Source: Eledone cirrhosa (Eukaryota). From it: a stretch of 64,000 bases of DNA. Location of the stretch: NCBI GenBank assembly GCA_964016885.1, contig OZ024747.1, positions 29,016,001 to 29,080,000 of the forward strand, written 5' to 3'. The translations under genes and the position numbers were made by a program. Positions 1 to 11,904 of this stretch are shown one piece after another. Position 1 is the stretch's first letter; each line of letters opens with the position of its first letter. A model generated the notes under the pieces. The model had not been told where the DNA came from, did no database searches, and saw only the letters and a list, made by a program, of their open reading frames with translations.

Positions 1-113
1 GATTTAATCGACTTTGCCCTCCCCCAAATTACTGGCCTTCTGCCTATACTAGAAATCATTAATTATTTATCTATTTATGACATGATTCTATTTATTTTTT
101 TCTGCTCTTCTTT

Positions 114-157
<44 letters not shown>

Positions 158-614
158 GTGGCTATGGTGAAAGAAGTTATATGGTGGACGAGGTTGAGAG
201 GACTGAGGACAGATGCCTTTCTCTCCGGACAACAATTGATTCCCTTCTTTAAGTATCACTTTAGAAGGAGAATCAGGGTGGAGAGAGAGGCACTGCACCC
301 CAGTAAATTTACTGAAAGGTGGGTGAATGAAGCGAAAATGGCCCGAGTGATTGGGCCTTCTCTGTTTATAAGCCTGTAGGTTGAGGAAGAGAGCAAAAGG
401 ATGAAAGGAGCACTTGCACAACACGCTCCTGGAGTTGAGGGTGGTTCTATCGACGGAGTATGAAACAACCCATTTGTGGCGCCTCCCCCCTATTGGGGAT
501 TTCGATTGTTGTAATTGTTTGTTTTTATATTTTTACATGACTGCATGTAAAATCCCCGGCATGTCTTTGTATTGTCCCCTTTTCTTGTGCGCCCTTGTGG
601 CTAATAAAGAAATA
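158..614 (+). mobile_element. 5'-truncated non-LTR retrotransposon 3' end (L1/Tx1-like ORF2 C-terminus plus 3' UTR)
   Basis: ORF 158-379 (AMVKEVIWWTR...FFKYHFRRRIRVERE...FTERW) resembles a Tx1-type ORF2 C-terminus. The 3' UTR ends in cttgtggctAATAAAgaaa and is flanked on both sides by (TATC)n. Similar 3' ends occur at ~19450-19530 (+) and ~22270-22500 (-). Confidence 0.55.
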
Positions 615-899
615 TATCTATCTATCTATCTATATATAGACTTTTTTTTTAATGAATAAAGACATTTACATAAATAATATAATATAACCAATTAATGTCT
701 GTAGATATGGAATTGCTAGAAAATATTAATGTTTAAATGTATGAACACCAGGACATCTTGAGTTACATACTTAATATGATAACTTGAAGAAAAGTAAGAA
801 ATGAAATAATTTTTATTACCACACTTCTCAAACTACCTCTATAAGATACCTGCTGTCTAATAACTTAATGTAAGCAACCTTTAAGCCTCATGGTAATTG

Positions 900-1090
900 A
901 TAGCTAAACCCTTTCCTACATCATAGATTCCCCTCTCAGCCATAATGAAGACACCAATAATGTTGGGCATTCAATCCAAGTAAGCCGACATCATACAGTC
1001 AGCCTCTGACTACCATTGTTAGTTCCTTCCCTATATATGCTTCACATATGTAGGAATAGAGCAACTCCTCTCAGGCATTTAAATATTTGA
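900..1090 (-). mobile_element. Decayed PIF/Harbinger-ISL2EU-type transposase relic
   Basis: Frameshifted minus-strand peptides IFKCLRGVA / SYICEAYIG / GVFIMAERGI resemble the DDE_Tnp_4 motifs TFKxLIGVAP...YGG...VMADRGF. Confidence 0.35.
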
Positions 1091-1134
1091 ACAACTAAAG
1101 AAAGTTTTCCTCGTTTCTCATTTTCTTTTTTCAG

Positions 1135-1187
1135 AGAAGATGACCTCTTAGATATGGCTCCGTTTTTGAAAGAAAATTCCAGACTTG
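1135..1187 (+). CDS. FDX2: FDX2 penultimate coding exon
   Basis: ttttcttttttcag acceptor, gtaagg donor; encodes [17 protein letters not shown](G). Confidence 0.93.
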
Positions 1188-1838
1188 GTAAGGCATTTAT
1201 TATTGGTTTTGCAATATTTACTTACGACAGTTCAAATCTTATTGAAGTTAACTTTACCAGTTTGAGATAAACTCTACAGGCATGGAAATGTTGCCAGACA
1301 AGCATGTCTGAGATGTGCACAGAGTGACAAAACTGTTTTGTATGCATTTGTTCAATGCTTGTGCATTGCTAACTTGTGGAGTTATGTTGAAAATCTGTCA
1401 TTAGGGTCCTTTACAATCTGGTTTCAAATCCCTCTGAGGTCAATTATGCCTTTTGTCCTTTCAGGGTAATAAAAAAAATAGTCCCAGTAAAATACTAGAA
1501 TCAGTATAATTGACTTTCTCCATTGTTAGCCTTGTGCCTAAATTAGAAACCATTATTGTTATGGCCCTTTACGTTTTGAGTTCAAATCCCACTGAGGTTA
1601 GTTAGCTTTGCCTTTTATCCTTACAGTCAATAAATAGAATACCAGTAACGTACTGGAGTTTATTTAATCGACTTTTCCCTCCCCTCAATTGTTGGCCTCA
1701 TACCTAAATCAGAAACCATTATTATTATTTTCAGGCTGTCAAATTATTTTGACAAAAGAAATGGAAGGCCTTGAACTAACTCTACCACCAGCAACACGAA
1801 ATTTCTATGTTGATGGACATGAACCAACTCCACATTAA
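1135..1838 (+). CDS. FDX2: Ferredoxin-2, mitochondrial (adrenodoxin-like), last two coding exons: join(1135..1187,1735..1838); 5' part lies upstream of the window
   Basis: ag/gt-bounded exons splice in frame to [51 protein letters not shown]. This contains the SRLGCQ [2Fe-2S] ligand motif and the FDX2-specific C-terminal [13 protein letters not shown] tail. Confidence 0.95.
1405..1728 (+). mobile_element. Two tandem tRNA-derived SINE copies (Meta/MESC-like core) in the last FDX2 intron
   Basis: B-box-like g(a/t)ttcaaatccc, core tgcctttt...cct...aataaa...ccagtaa, and an agaaaccattatt tail, each present twice. The same family recurs throughout the window. Confidence 0.7.
1735..1838 (+). CDS. 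FDX2: FDX2 terminal coding exon
   Basis: ttttcag acceptor; encodes (G)[33 protein letters not shown] then TAA at 1836-1838. ATTAAA at 1859-1864. Confidence 0.93.
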
Positions 1839-1974
1839 TTGGAATTATATTATTGATAATTAAAGACTCAATTGATTTCATTTTTTACCTCACTGTAACA
1901 ACATACACTAGAATATTTATATAAATATATTTGTAAATATGCTGTTTTCTTGTTCTAAAATGAAAATGGTCTGG

Positions 1975-2310
1975 TACAGGCAGTGGGATTAAGAAGTTTG
2001 CTTCACAACCTTGTTTTGGGTTTAACATTACTCTATATTTACTATTATATTTTCATGGTAAAGGTTTTACCTCACATAACATTGAATCTATGAGAATTTG
2101 ATATTTATTTTGAGAACACTACCTGGTTACAGCCAGTTTGAACAGAAAAAGGTGAGAGAATTCTGGCTGGATATGGCCGATTTAAATGCTAAAGGGTTAA
2201 TACTGCTACATGGCAACTTGGGCATGTAACTTTTACTATAACCTCACTCTGACCAATGTCTTGTGAGTGAAATTTGGTAGATGGAAACAGTGTGGAAACT
2301 ATTGTATAAG
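1975..2310 (+). mobile_element. tRNA-derived SINE interrupted at a TTAA by a piggyBac-type MITE (~2026-2196)
   Basis: SINE head (gattaagaagtttgcttc) and body (ttgggcatgt...ttgtgagtgaaatttggtagatggaaac) are separated by a MITE ending aaatgctaaaggg-TTAA; a left TTAA lies at 2022-2025. Confidence 0.65.
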
Positions 2311-3220
2311 TATTAACTTTCCACTCAACTATACCTTACATAGTAGTCTAATAGATTCAGGTCTGGAGAACTTGTTTGGGGGGTGACGTGATTGTGGAGA
2401 TTGTAACTCATCTATTCTTGGTTTGTCTCAGCCTTGTGAGACGGGGCTGAGTCTGTTGGTATGTTTTTGGTCTTTGTTCACTCTCTCTATCCAAGGCCTT
2501 ATTACCCTTTCTAACATCTTATAGTCAGTAGCATTGACCCTTAAACCCTGAGGAAAGAAGTGAGGGTGTATGGTATCTTTTTCATTGCTTACAACTCCCC
2601 AAACCATCACAGTTGCTGAAAATTTAGTGTGAATGACCGTTGGAACGTTTTAGAGTCTCTGTCATTCCTTCGGTTAACCTTCTAGCCCTGATCAAAGTTT
2701 TTCTCAGAGAAAAACCAAATCATTCCAGGTTCATCATGTTTCAACTTCAAGTGCTTTGCATGGATCAGACGGCTATTTTTTGTCTCCACATCACATATTA
2801 CTTGTAATCCAAGGTTCTCATGCACAATTCTTCTGATAGTGTACCTCAAAACCTTGAGCTCTTTAGTAATGTCGCTAATTGTCTTTTTGGGGTTCAAATC
2901 GATAATTTTCTGCACTCATTCAAATTTGGGTGTTCTGATGGTATTAGGAGCCTTAACAAATATTTTAAGTTTGGCAATTGCTGTAGAATCCCTGCCAGTA
3001 GCTTCCAGCTCTTTTCTAACTATAACAAACAACTGTGTAACTTTCAAAAAGCAAGCAATTTTTAAATCACTAATGTCTGCTTTTAAGGCAATGATTACAG
3101 CGTGCTTTTTCATTTGTGGAGTTAGTTTGATGTCTGTCATCTTTATCTGAAGAGAAATGATCATCAAACAAGTTAGAGCTATTAAAGGACATGTCCTCAA
3201 ATAACTGAGCAACCCTGTAT
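2310..3220 (-). mobile_element. Decayed Tc1/mariner DNA transposon
   Basis: Frameshifted HTH (KKTISDITKELKVLRYTIRRIVHENLG) and catalytic segments (IWFFSEKNF; VMVWGVVS...PHFFPQGLRVNATDY). A TA-CAGGGT terminus lies near 3212-3221. Confidence 0.75.
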
Positions 3221-3224
3221 AATC

Positions 3225-4880
3225 ATCACTTATCATTCATTTTCCCTGCTAGCATGGATCAGACAAGTCATCACAGACCTGAATCAGTATTCAAGCAATT
3301 ATTAATCTCTCAGATGGGCCGAGGGCCTGCATCTTGTTTATGTTCCCATACTTTGGTGGATCACCAATACTAGGGAGGTTGTTTACTTTGACATAATTGA
3401 AGAATCCTTTATTTGGCAAGTTTTTATGACTGGACATCCAATCATTGCCAACTCTCATCTTGCTGGTTGCACCTCTATATATGGCTTGCATGGCTCTCAT
3501 AAACTATTTGTCTACACCTAGCTTCCTTAGTGCCCACCAGATTACAGAGTGGAGGACCTTGTCAAAAGTCATCTTCAGATCCACAAGCCAGGTTTCAAAA
3601 GTTTACTCTTAGATAAGTATTTCCCCTGTAGTTTCTCACAAGGAGAGCATAGGTAGTACCCCTACCTGGCATAAAGCCAAACTGCATTTTGCTTAGCTTA
3701 ATTCTGTTCCTAATTAGTTATAAGTAACTTTCATGACCTGGGCCATCAATTGATGCATTTCTTTGCTCTTGTAGCAGTTTACTGCTACTAAAATGATATT
3801 GCTATGCTTGTGGGACTTCCATACATCCATCTTTTTGGCATTTGTCAGAGTGGAAATATTTCATGAGTTTCTCTAGCAGTCTCACAATCCAAAACACTTC
3901 ACACCAGTGATCCTCACAATATAGAATATGTGCAAACTTCTGCTTCTCTCTTTGCTAAGTATACCTGGTACCAACTACTTTCGCTTAGTTATTTGGTTTT
4001 GCTGTTTCCCCACTTTACTCCAGTCATTCCAGGCTCTATGTACCTTATCATTCCACCACATCACCGTCTTCTTGGAACCTTCCTTCAGCTGCAGACATGG
4101 TCCATGACTTTTAGCAGGTTCCCTCATTAGAATATCCAATTTTTCTCTTCCTTACTGTCTTAGAAGAATTTCTCTGATTTTGTTGCAAGCAGAGTTTTTT
4201 CAGGTTCCTTGTCCTCCTCCAGATTGGCTGTTGTCTCTTAGGTCACTAATAACTAAATTATGTTGGGATGTATATTCTTCTCCAAGGAAGGACTTGCCAC
4301 TTGCCTATATGATTCTCGGTGAGAATAAAGTCTATTTGGCTTATATAATCGGGTGGCTGGCTGCAATTTATGTCACTAATTGTTAGTTTGTATGTACTAT
4401 AGAGCACCAGCTTAGATTCCTCATTTCTTGTACCATACCCATCTGGAAAACTGTCATGGTGTTCCCAAATATGTCCATTGAAGTTGCCAGCTGCAATAAT
4501 GAGATCACTGTCATTGAGGTAGTCTGCAAACGGACCTCATAGAAATGATCCTTCTGGCAGTACAGCTTGCAGAGATTATAGCAGCTGTTGTATCATTCAA
4601 GTTTAATTATCTCAATTACCTTGTCCACTCATTTCTCAGTTAGTAGTATTCCCACAGTCACTGCTACCCACACAGAAGAACTTGTACCTGTAATGAATCT
4701 GGCTGAAACTCCCCTCCATCTTACGTCTTGTACACAGGTATCTATATATCCTTGCTCTAGCATCTCTACAATCTCGCTGAACCTATCCTTCATTGTAATC
4801 ACATAGTAGCAACTCTGAAATTGATTTTGGTAGGAAGAGGATTACATGGGTACCTTGTTCTTTAGGTCTTGAAAGGAAGA
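3225..4880 (-). mobile_element. Decayed RTE-clade LINE (endonuclease and RT fragments, gat-type 3' tail)
   Basis: Minus-strand fragments MRAMQAIYRGATSKMRVGN, QFGFMPGRG and VDLKMTFDKV. The 3' end signature ctgctagcatgg lies at ~3247. Confidence 0.65.
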
Positions 4881-5169
4881 GGGTGGATATGTGCAGTCTT
4901 CTCATACTCAAATTAAGCATGTTCAGGTAATGTAATATATAATCACTTCAATACTTTGTATTCACTACCAGTGGAAATATCTGCTTTAAGCTACCATTGA
5001 TCACTACTGTAGCCTAAAGTGGAAGAGAGAGGCAGAGAAGCAACTCACTTACTAAAGTCTCATTGTGAAGATTTTCCTGGTTAAAATTCAACTTCTAAGA
5101 GAAACATGGAATGAAATACATCTGACTATTCTGAAAGAATTTATTAAAAATATCACAGTATGATGTTAT

Positions 5170-5345
5170 ATAATTGTTTCTACTTTTGGCACAAGACCGG
5201 CAATTACCCCAGTGTATTACTGGTACTTTATTTTATCGACCCCTGTAAGGATGAAAGGCAAAGTTAACCTTGGCGGGATTTGAACTCAGACCATAACTCT
5301 TTGCTGCAAAGCATGGCGTCCGACCCTCTACCAATACTGCCAGTT
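5170..5345 (-). mobile_element. SINE (young subfamily; related copies at ~25722-25905 (-) and ~48961-49150 (+))
   Basis: ctggtactttattttatcgaccc...ggatgaaaggcaaagttaacc...ggatttgaactcag...gaccctctacc, nearly identical in all three copies. Confidence 0.75.
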
Positions 5346-5559
5346 ATATAATTGTGGTTATATAAAATATAATGTTGGGCAGTTGTTATATCTCTTCTGT
5401 GGGAATATATTCATGGTTATATAAGATATTTATATCAGTGAATATCTTTAACAGTTGTTGTCACATAGCCATATCTTCATGTTATGGCGATACATATTTT
5501 GAAAATGGCCCTCCACGCATGTTTTGTATCACAGATATTCATTTTCTAACCGATCAGCC

Positions 5560-6704
5560 TTAAATTTCAGGAGATGGCAGATACATCTAAGAAGACAAGA
5601 ACCCAATGGGAGCTCCAGCACTAGATTTTCTGCGTGAAACACTACTATAAGTGTGGCTCATACAAGTAGGTCCAGGTAATTTTTGGAACAGACAAATCTC
5701 CCTTCAAAGCTAATATACAAAACTGGGTGAAGAAGTTTGAGACTTATGCAACATTGGAGAACCTCAATACATTGTCTGAGGACTGTCACAGGAAGTTATT
5801 GACATAGTAAGAGTGTCTGTTGAACAGAGCCCAAAATGAATGCTGTGCAGAAGCCAATCCTTGGATCTCTCCACAGAAACTTGCAGAATGGTTATCAAAG
5901 AGGATTTTAAGAAGTACCTCTACAGAATACAGACTAAACAAAAGTTTACTGAAGTTGATAGGACCAAGAGAAAGGCTATGGCTGAGAAAATACTGGAGAA
6001 GATGGAAAACAATCCAAATTTTTTGAATTTGCTGTGGATCTCTGATGAGGCCCACTCCCAGAGGGGAAGATCAACTCTAAGAACAATGTGTTCTGGGGGT
6101 CAGAGAAACTCATTGAAGTGACTGAAACCTCTCCACTCAGCTAAATGTACTGCCTGGGCTGCCATTTCTGAGAGAGGGTTGATTGGTCCATTCTTCTTCA
6201 AAGATGGTGTCACTGCTACAGTCACAAAGGAATACTATGTAGAGGGTCTGGAAGACTTCAAAAAGGGGCTACAGACCATTAATGAATACGTTCTGGTTCC
6301 AGCAAGCCTTCATACTTCCAATGGAGTTGCAAGAATGACTGAAAAATAACTTTGGAAATCGTGTGATTAATTTGAAGATAGATTTTGAGTGGGCCGCACG
6401 CAACTGATTTCTTTCTTTGGGGCTATCCAAAGGATAAGGTATATGTCAACAAACCCAGGATCATTACTGAACTAAAGGAAAATATCAGGGAGGAGATCAG
6501 AGCCATCCATATGTCTGTTTGTAATGGTAAACTTCACCATGCACCTAAAAAAATGCATCGATTCAAATGGGGATCATTTGGAACATGTGCCGTTATGTTG
6601 TTTTTAATGGTTTGAACAAAATATATTCAGTTTCATCAGTTTTCATGAAAAATGAAAAATGTAGACAAAACTAAAAATGGGGCCAGTTTTTTTTTAGTCA
6701 CTGT
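5560..6704 (+). mobile_element. Decayed Tc1/mariner DNA transposon
   Basis: Frameshifted LLWISDEAH, SAKCTAWAAISERGLIGPFFF and DFFLWGYPKDKVYVNKPR motifs. Right terminus ...tttttagtcactg-TA. Confidence 0.8.
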
Positions 6705-6920
6705 AAGATATTCTTTATCATAGAATGTCTTTTGACATTAATACATGCATTCCGTGTAATAAAAATAATGTATGTAGTTAAGCAACTGTTTTGAGAGTAT
6801 GATTTTTGACAGATATCATAGTTATATGGATTCTCTTTTGTATGGATGTGTTCAGTTAAGTTACTTTCTTCAGTGAGATGTTATCTGATCTGTCTCACCA
6901 CAGAATGTGAGAACATATTT
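6705..6920 (-). pseudogene. Decayed C2H2 zinc-finger repeats downstream of the ZNF gene
   Basis: Minus strand reads HTKENPYNYDICQKSYS-like, with the same nucleotide pattern as the intact fingers. Weaker traces at ~5120-5165 and ~5380-5470. Confidence 0.6.
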
Positions 6921-6967
6921 GACTGATGCAAGCATGGAAAATAGATGTAAGAAGGTGATGATGATAA

Positions 6968-8715
6968 CACCGTGTAACATATGTTTTGTTTCCCGGTTCT
7001 AAGTGTCATTTAGTGGTTTGTTATATCCCATTATTATAAAGAAAACACTATTATTTAATCAGAAGTTTGGGTTTGTGGTCAGGAGTTTGATATTTCGAAA
7101 TTTTCATATTTTTCAAGAAAAAACACATTTAAAAAAAATTTTTCAGTTCATATAATTAAATCAACAGAGTATATATTTATTTTATTACACAAGCTTATCA
7201 AAAGCAAACAAGTAAAAACAAATAACACTTATAAAGCAACTTATACACGTCAGAAATGACTGGATTTCCTGTATTTGCAGTTGTAGTCCAGGACGCATTC
7301 CCGCACTAGCCCCCAAATATAGTCCCCCGTCATTTTTTCATTGTAGTGGCCCTGGTACCTCCGCTCTATCTCTTTCACATCTTGGTGGAATCGTTCGCCT
7401 TGTTCTTCTGAGTAGGCGCCCATATTGTCCTTGAATTTTTCCAGGTGAGCGTCCAGCATATGAAGTTTAAGCGACATCCTGAATCCCATGACGCCAAAAG
7501 CCTTTATCAGATCCTGCACTAGTTGCTGGTAGTTTTCAGCTCTGTAGTTGCCCAGGAAGCCCTTAAGAACTGCCTTGAAACAGTTCCATGCTGTTCTCTC
7601 AATCCTATTGAGCTTATTCGAGAACTCGGTAGACTCAAACACCTTCTTTATCTGAGGTCCAACAAAAATTCACCTTTGATTTTGGCCTCAGATAACTTGG
7701 GGAAGAACTCAAGAAGGTACTTAAAAGCGGCTGATTCTTGGTTGAGAGCCTTCACAAACTGCTTCATCAACCCCAACTTAATGTGCAGTGGTGGCATGAG
7801 CACAATCCTGGGATCAACCAGTGGCTCCCACATGACGTTCCGGGTCCCAACTACAAATTCTGTTCGCTGCTCCTAGTTCTTTCTTTGGTAGTGGTCAGAG
7901 GTGGCTCTGCTGTCCCAAAGGCAGAAGAAGCATTGGAATTTGATAAAGCCTCCTTGGAGTCCAAGCAGGAAAGCCACCATCTTCAAGTCTCCAATGATTT
8001 CCAAATTGTACTGGTTGTACTGCAGAACTTCCAAGAGGACTTTCACACTGTAGTAATCTTCCTTCAGGCAGACTGAATGAGCTCGGGGCAGTGTCGAGAA
8101 CTTGTTTCCATTGTGGAGGGGGACAGCCTTCAAACTTGTGGTGGAGCTGTCTATAAATAGCTGGCACAAACGGCACCCCAATAACGTCAGTCCAGGTACG
8201 TCATAGCAGAAGCAGAGGCCATCCCTAAGAGTGTAAAAGCCTGAGAAAGGTTCGTGTCAACTTCTGACTTGTCACCTGCACTTCCTCCTTGACCAAGTTC
8301 CACTGCTTCATCCTGGAGACGAATAGTTCTGCATTGGACTTGGTCAGACCCATATCCCTGACCAAGTCATTGACTTCTTTTTGGTTTGGGAAGTGAGGAA
8401 TTTTTTCTGGTACCCCAGTATCAATGAATCTCTTTAATCCACTTTTTAACAATTTTATACTTTATTGCACTTTTATAATTTTAATTTAACCTGAAACATA
8501 TATAAAAAAAATCATTTAACATAAGCAAATTAAACTTACATACTATGTAAAATCCAGCATACAAATAATTCTAGTGAATAGCTTAGAATTTTTACAAACC
8601 CCAACTTTTAACTGTTTAATAGCACTTTTTTATTTATTTATTTGGGATCTAAGCAACACAAAAAAAGTGATTACAAGCCAGGAACAGAGAAAAATTTTTT
8701 TTTTGTTACACGGTG
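6968..8715 (-). mobile_element. Chapaev3-type (CMC) DNA transposon, internally deleted and frameshifted
   Basis: TIRs CACCGTGTAACA (6968) and TGTTACACGGTG (8715); TAA duplication at 6965-6967 and 8716-8718. Transposase motifs LFIDSS..SLKAV, GDLKMVAFLLGLQGG, PPLHIKLGLMKQFVKAL and SEEQGERFHQD. Confidence 0.85.
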
Positions 8716-8718
8716 TAA

Positions 8719-10488
8719 TCAGTGATATGACTTCTCTCCTGTAGGAATGCATTTGTGTCTTGTTAATTGACTTCTTTGAGAGAATGATTTATCACAAATC
8801 TCACAGTGATGTGGCTTCTCTCCTGTATGACTGCGTTTGTGGTTATTTAAGCTATCACGTCTAGACAATGATTTACCACAGATATCACACTCATATTTCT
8901 TTTTTCCAGTATGTTTGTATCTGTGTTCAACCAAATAACTCCTTCGAGAGAATGATTCGCTGCAGATATCACAATGGTATGGCTTCTCTCCTGTATGAAT
9001 GCGTTTGTGTATAGTTAAGCTACCTGATACAGAGTATGATTTACCACAGGTATCACAGTTATATGGCTTCTCTTTTGTATGAACACGTTTGTGAGTAACT
9101 AAGGTGCTTCCATCGGAAAAAGATTTATCACAAATATGACACTGATATGGTTTCTCTCCTGTATGAATACGTTTGTGTTTAGTTACGGCAGAGCCTTGTG
9201 AGAATGATATTCCACAGATATCACATTTGTATGGCTTCTCTCCTGTATGGATACGTTTGTGAGATGTTAAGGATGTTCCATGAGAGAATGACATACCACA
9301 GATATCACAGTGATATGGTTTCTCTCCTGTATGAATACGTTTATGATTAGTTAAGACACCTGCCTCAGAAAATGAAGTACCACATATATCGCAGTGATAT
9401 GGTTTCTCTCCTGTATGAATGCGTTTATGTATATTTATGTAAAACCCCTGTGAGTATGATTTACCACAGATATCGCAGTGATGTTGTTTCTCTCCAGTAT
9501 GAGTACGTTTATGAGCAGCTAGGCTAGAGCTTGTAGAGAATGATTTACTACAGATGTCACAGTGATATGGTTTCTCTCCAGTATGACTGCGTTTGTGAGT
9601 AGTTAAGCTATCCTTTCGAGCAAATGATACGCCACAGATATCACAACGATGCAGCTTCTCACGAGTATGAGTACGTTTGTGTCTAGTTAACTGTTTATTT
9701 ATAGCAAATGATTTACCACAGATATCACAGAAATTTGTTTTTTTTCCTGAATGAATACGTTTGTGAACACTCAAGCTAGTTCTTATAGAGAATGATTTAC
9801 CACAGACATCACAGTGATATGGTTTATCTCCAGTATGAATACGTTTGTGAGTAATTAAGCCATCACTTCGAGAGAATGATTCACCACAAATACTACAGTG
9901 ATATGGCTTCTCTCCTGTATGAATGAGCCTGTGGTTAGTTAAGTATTGATTTGAAGAAAACGAATCACCACAGACATCACAGTGATATGGCTTCTCTCCT
10001 GTATGGATGTGTTTGTGTCTAGTTAAGCCACTTAGTTTAGAGAATGACTTACCACAGATATCACAATGATATAGCTTCTCTCCTGTATGAATACATTTAT
10101 GATTGGTTAAAACACCTGCTTCACAAAATGATTTATCACAGATGTCACAATAATATGGCTTCTCTTCTGTATGAATACATCTGTGTTTAGTTAAGGCAGA
10201 GCCTTCCGAGAATGATTTACCACAGGTATTACAGTGGTATGGCTTCTCTTTTGTATGAATACACTTGTGATTAGTTAAGACACCTACTTCAGAGAATGAT
10301 TTATCACAGATATTACAGTGATATGGCTTTTCTCCTGTATGAATAAATTCATTCCTGTGATTGGTGAGGTTTTCTTTGTATGGTGTGGCATCTTTCAGCA
10401 TCTCATCAGGAAGATCAATAATTTTAGACTCTATTTTACATTTAGCTTGGTTTTCATTAAATTCATCTTCCATAATTTCTTTACTCAT
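8719..10488 (-). CDS. C2H2 zinc-finger protein, 19 tandem fingers, single coding exon (~589 aa from the first in-frame ATG at 10488)
   Basis: Open frame 8719-10539 with 19 CxxC...H-x3-H units and TGEKPY linkers; the last finger has His replaced by Pro. An in-frame TAG lies just upstream of 10539, so ATG 10488 is the likely start. Acceptor before 10829 and donor at 14878 suggest a non-coding first exon. Confidence 0.92.
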   Translation of the reverse strand: MSKEIMEDEFNENQAKCKIESKIIDLPDEMLKDATPYKENLTNHRNEFIHTGEKPYHCNICDKSFSEVGVLTNHKCIHTKEKPYHCNTCGKSFSEGSALTKHRCIHTEEKPYYCDICDKSFCEAGVLTNHKCIHTGEKLYHCDICGKSFSKLSGLTRHKHIHTGEKPYHCDVCGDSFSSNQYLTNHRLIHTGEKPYHCSICGESFSRSDGLITHKRIHTGDKPYHCDVCGKSFSIRTSLSVHKRIHSGKKTNFCDICGKSFAINKQLTRHKRTHTREKLHRCDICGVSFARKDSLTTHKRSHTGEKPYHCDICSKSFSTSSSLAAHKRTHTGEKQHHCDICGKSYSQGFYINIHKRIHTGEKPYHCDICGTSFSEAGVLTNHKRIHTGEKPYHCDICGMSFSHGTSLTSHKRIHTGEKPYKCDICGISFSQGSAVTKHKRIHTGEKPYQCHICDKSFSDGSTLVTHKRVHTKEKPYNCDTCGKSYSVSGSLTIHKRIHTGEKPYHCDICSESFSRRSYLVEHRYKHTGKKKYECDICGKSLSRRDSLNNHKRSHTGEKPHHCEICDKSFSQRSQLTRHKCIPTGEKSYH

Positions 10489-10889
10489 CACACAATACAC
10501 AAATGCTTTTCTTGTTTTTGTTTTTATATTGTCTTCCAAAAAATATTTCTCCTGCTATATTTCCATCAACTGTAATCTTAGCCAATATTTCAAGATACTG
10601 CAAACTCCTTTGCTATAGAATTCTAATTAAGAATGCAAAATTATCTTGTACACATTCCAAATAATGAAGTAGAGATATGTTGCTATTAATCTCAGTCCAG
10701 AGGAAGTATTTCACAGTAATTCTACTACAGATTTATATATGTTATGTATAACATCTTCCTTTAGTTTCTAAAAGATGATATATCTGAGGTGAAAAAAAAA
10801 ATTCTTCTCTGCCAATGTCATCTGATGTTCTGAAATAATAGAGAAATAGGATATTTAAAAAGTAGACATTCACCAGTAGAAATTTTACT

Positions 10890-11640
10890 ACATCATCATC
10901 ATTATTGTTTAACATCCATTTTCCACGCTAGCATGGGTTAGATGAGCTGTCTCGTTGTGAGAAAAGCCAGGTCAGTTGACAGTGTCTTGTTCATACAGAA
11001 CTGATTTTGGCTTGGTTTCTACGGCTGGACGCCCTTCCTAATGCCAACCACATTTACAGTGTGCCGGGTGATTTTTGTTGACACCCATGCGACCACTTTA
11101 GAGTGTAGACTGATCACTTTTTGTCATGGCACCAAAATGACCACTTTACAGTATGGACTGGGGATTTGAGTAGAGGTACATCTAGGGGCATGGGTGAGGG
11201 GTGGAGTATTAGAACGTGGGAGATGTATGGAGGGGAAGGTAGTGTACACTAGATGTATACCTCAACCCATGCACATGGAAAGGTGGGTCTTTTGTATTAC
11301 TGCATAACGCCAGAGATTATGGTACAATTGTGCATCCCAAGTCTTCCTACTCCATAGCTTCCATCAACTTTGAGCGCTCTGCACTTTTTTTATACAACTG
11401 TCATCCTTGATACACATCACATGTCCATACACTGCACCTGATCCCTCTTATGCACAGTTTCTCTCTCAGTTCATTTCTTGGTGAGCTGTAGTGGAAGAGG
11501 GGAGAGTCAGGCCAAATTGTATGTTGCAGATCAGGTCTTCGTTAGCACCACAAACCACCAGCCCTCCTGATCTTTAGTCATTTCTGTTGTGAGGTTTGAT
11601 TTCTTAAAGTCAGTTTTCAGAACCTCGAGTTGAAAGGCCT
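10890..11640 (-). mobile_element. RTE-related 3' fragments
   Basis: (cat)n tail followed by ttttccacgctagcatggg, and an ORF2 C-terminal remnant similar to 21775-22185 and 56833-57075. Confidence 0.6.
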
Positions 11641-11904
11641 AAAACTAAACTGAGCAAAAATGAAAGTGCTAATAAGTAGGAAAGAGGACCCTCTTACCTA
11701 TCTCTTTACCACGACTCCCACCTTACTGACAACATCACCCACACCACTATATCCCCTCTCCCCATACACTAATCAGCCACCCCTACCCATTACTCATTGT
11801 CCTGCCAATTCCTCACATACACCTATAACTTCATACCTACATGTGTGAACTTTGTAGTTTTGCATCTGTGTTTATTTTGTCCCTTTTATCAAATATATAT
11901 ATAT

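Noticed and set aside
10489-10539. TTG start of the 606-aa ZNF ORF
   Set aside because: Non-ATG starts are unlikely in this eukaryotic gene; the first in-frame ATG is at 10488.
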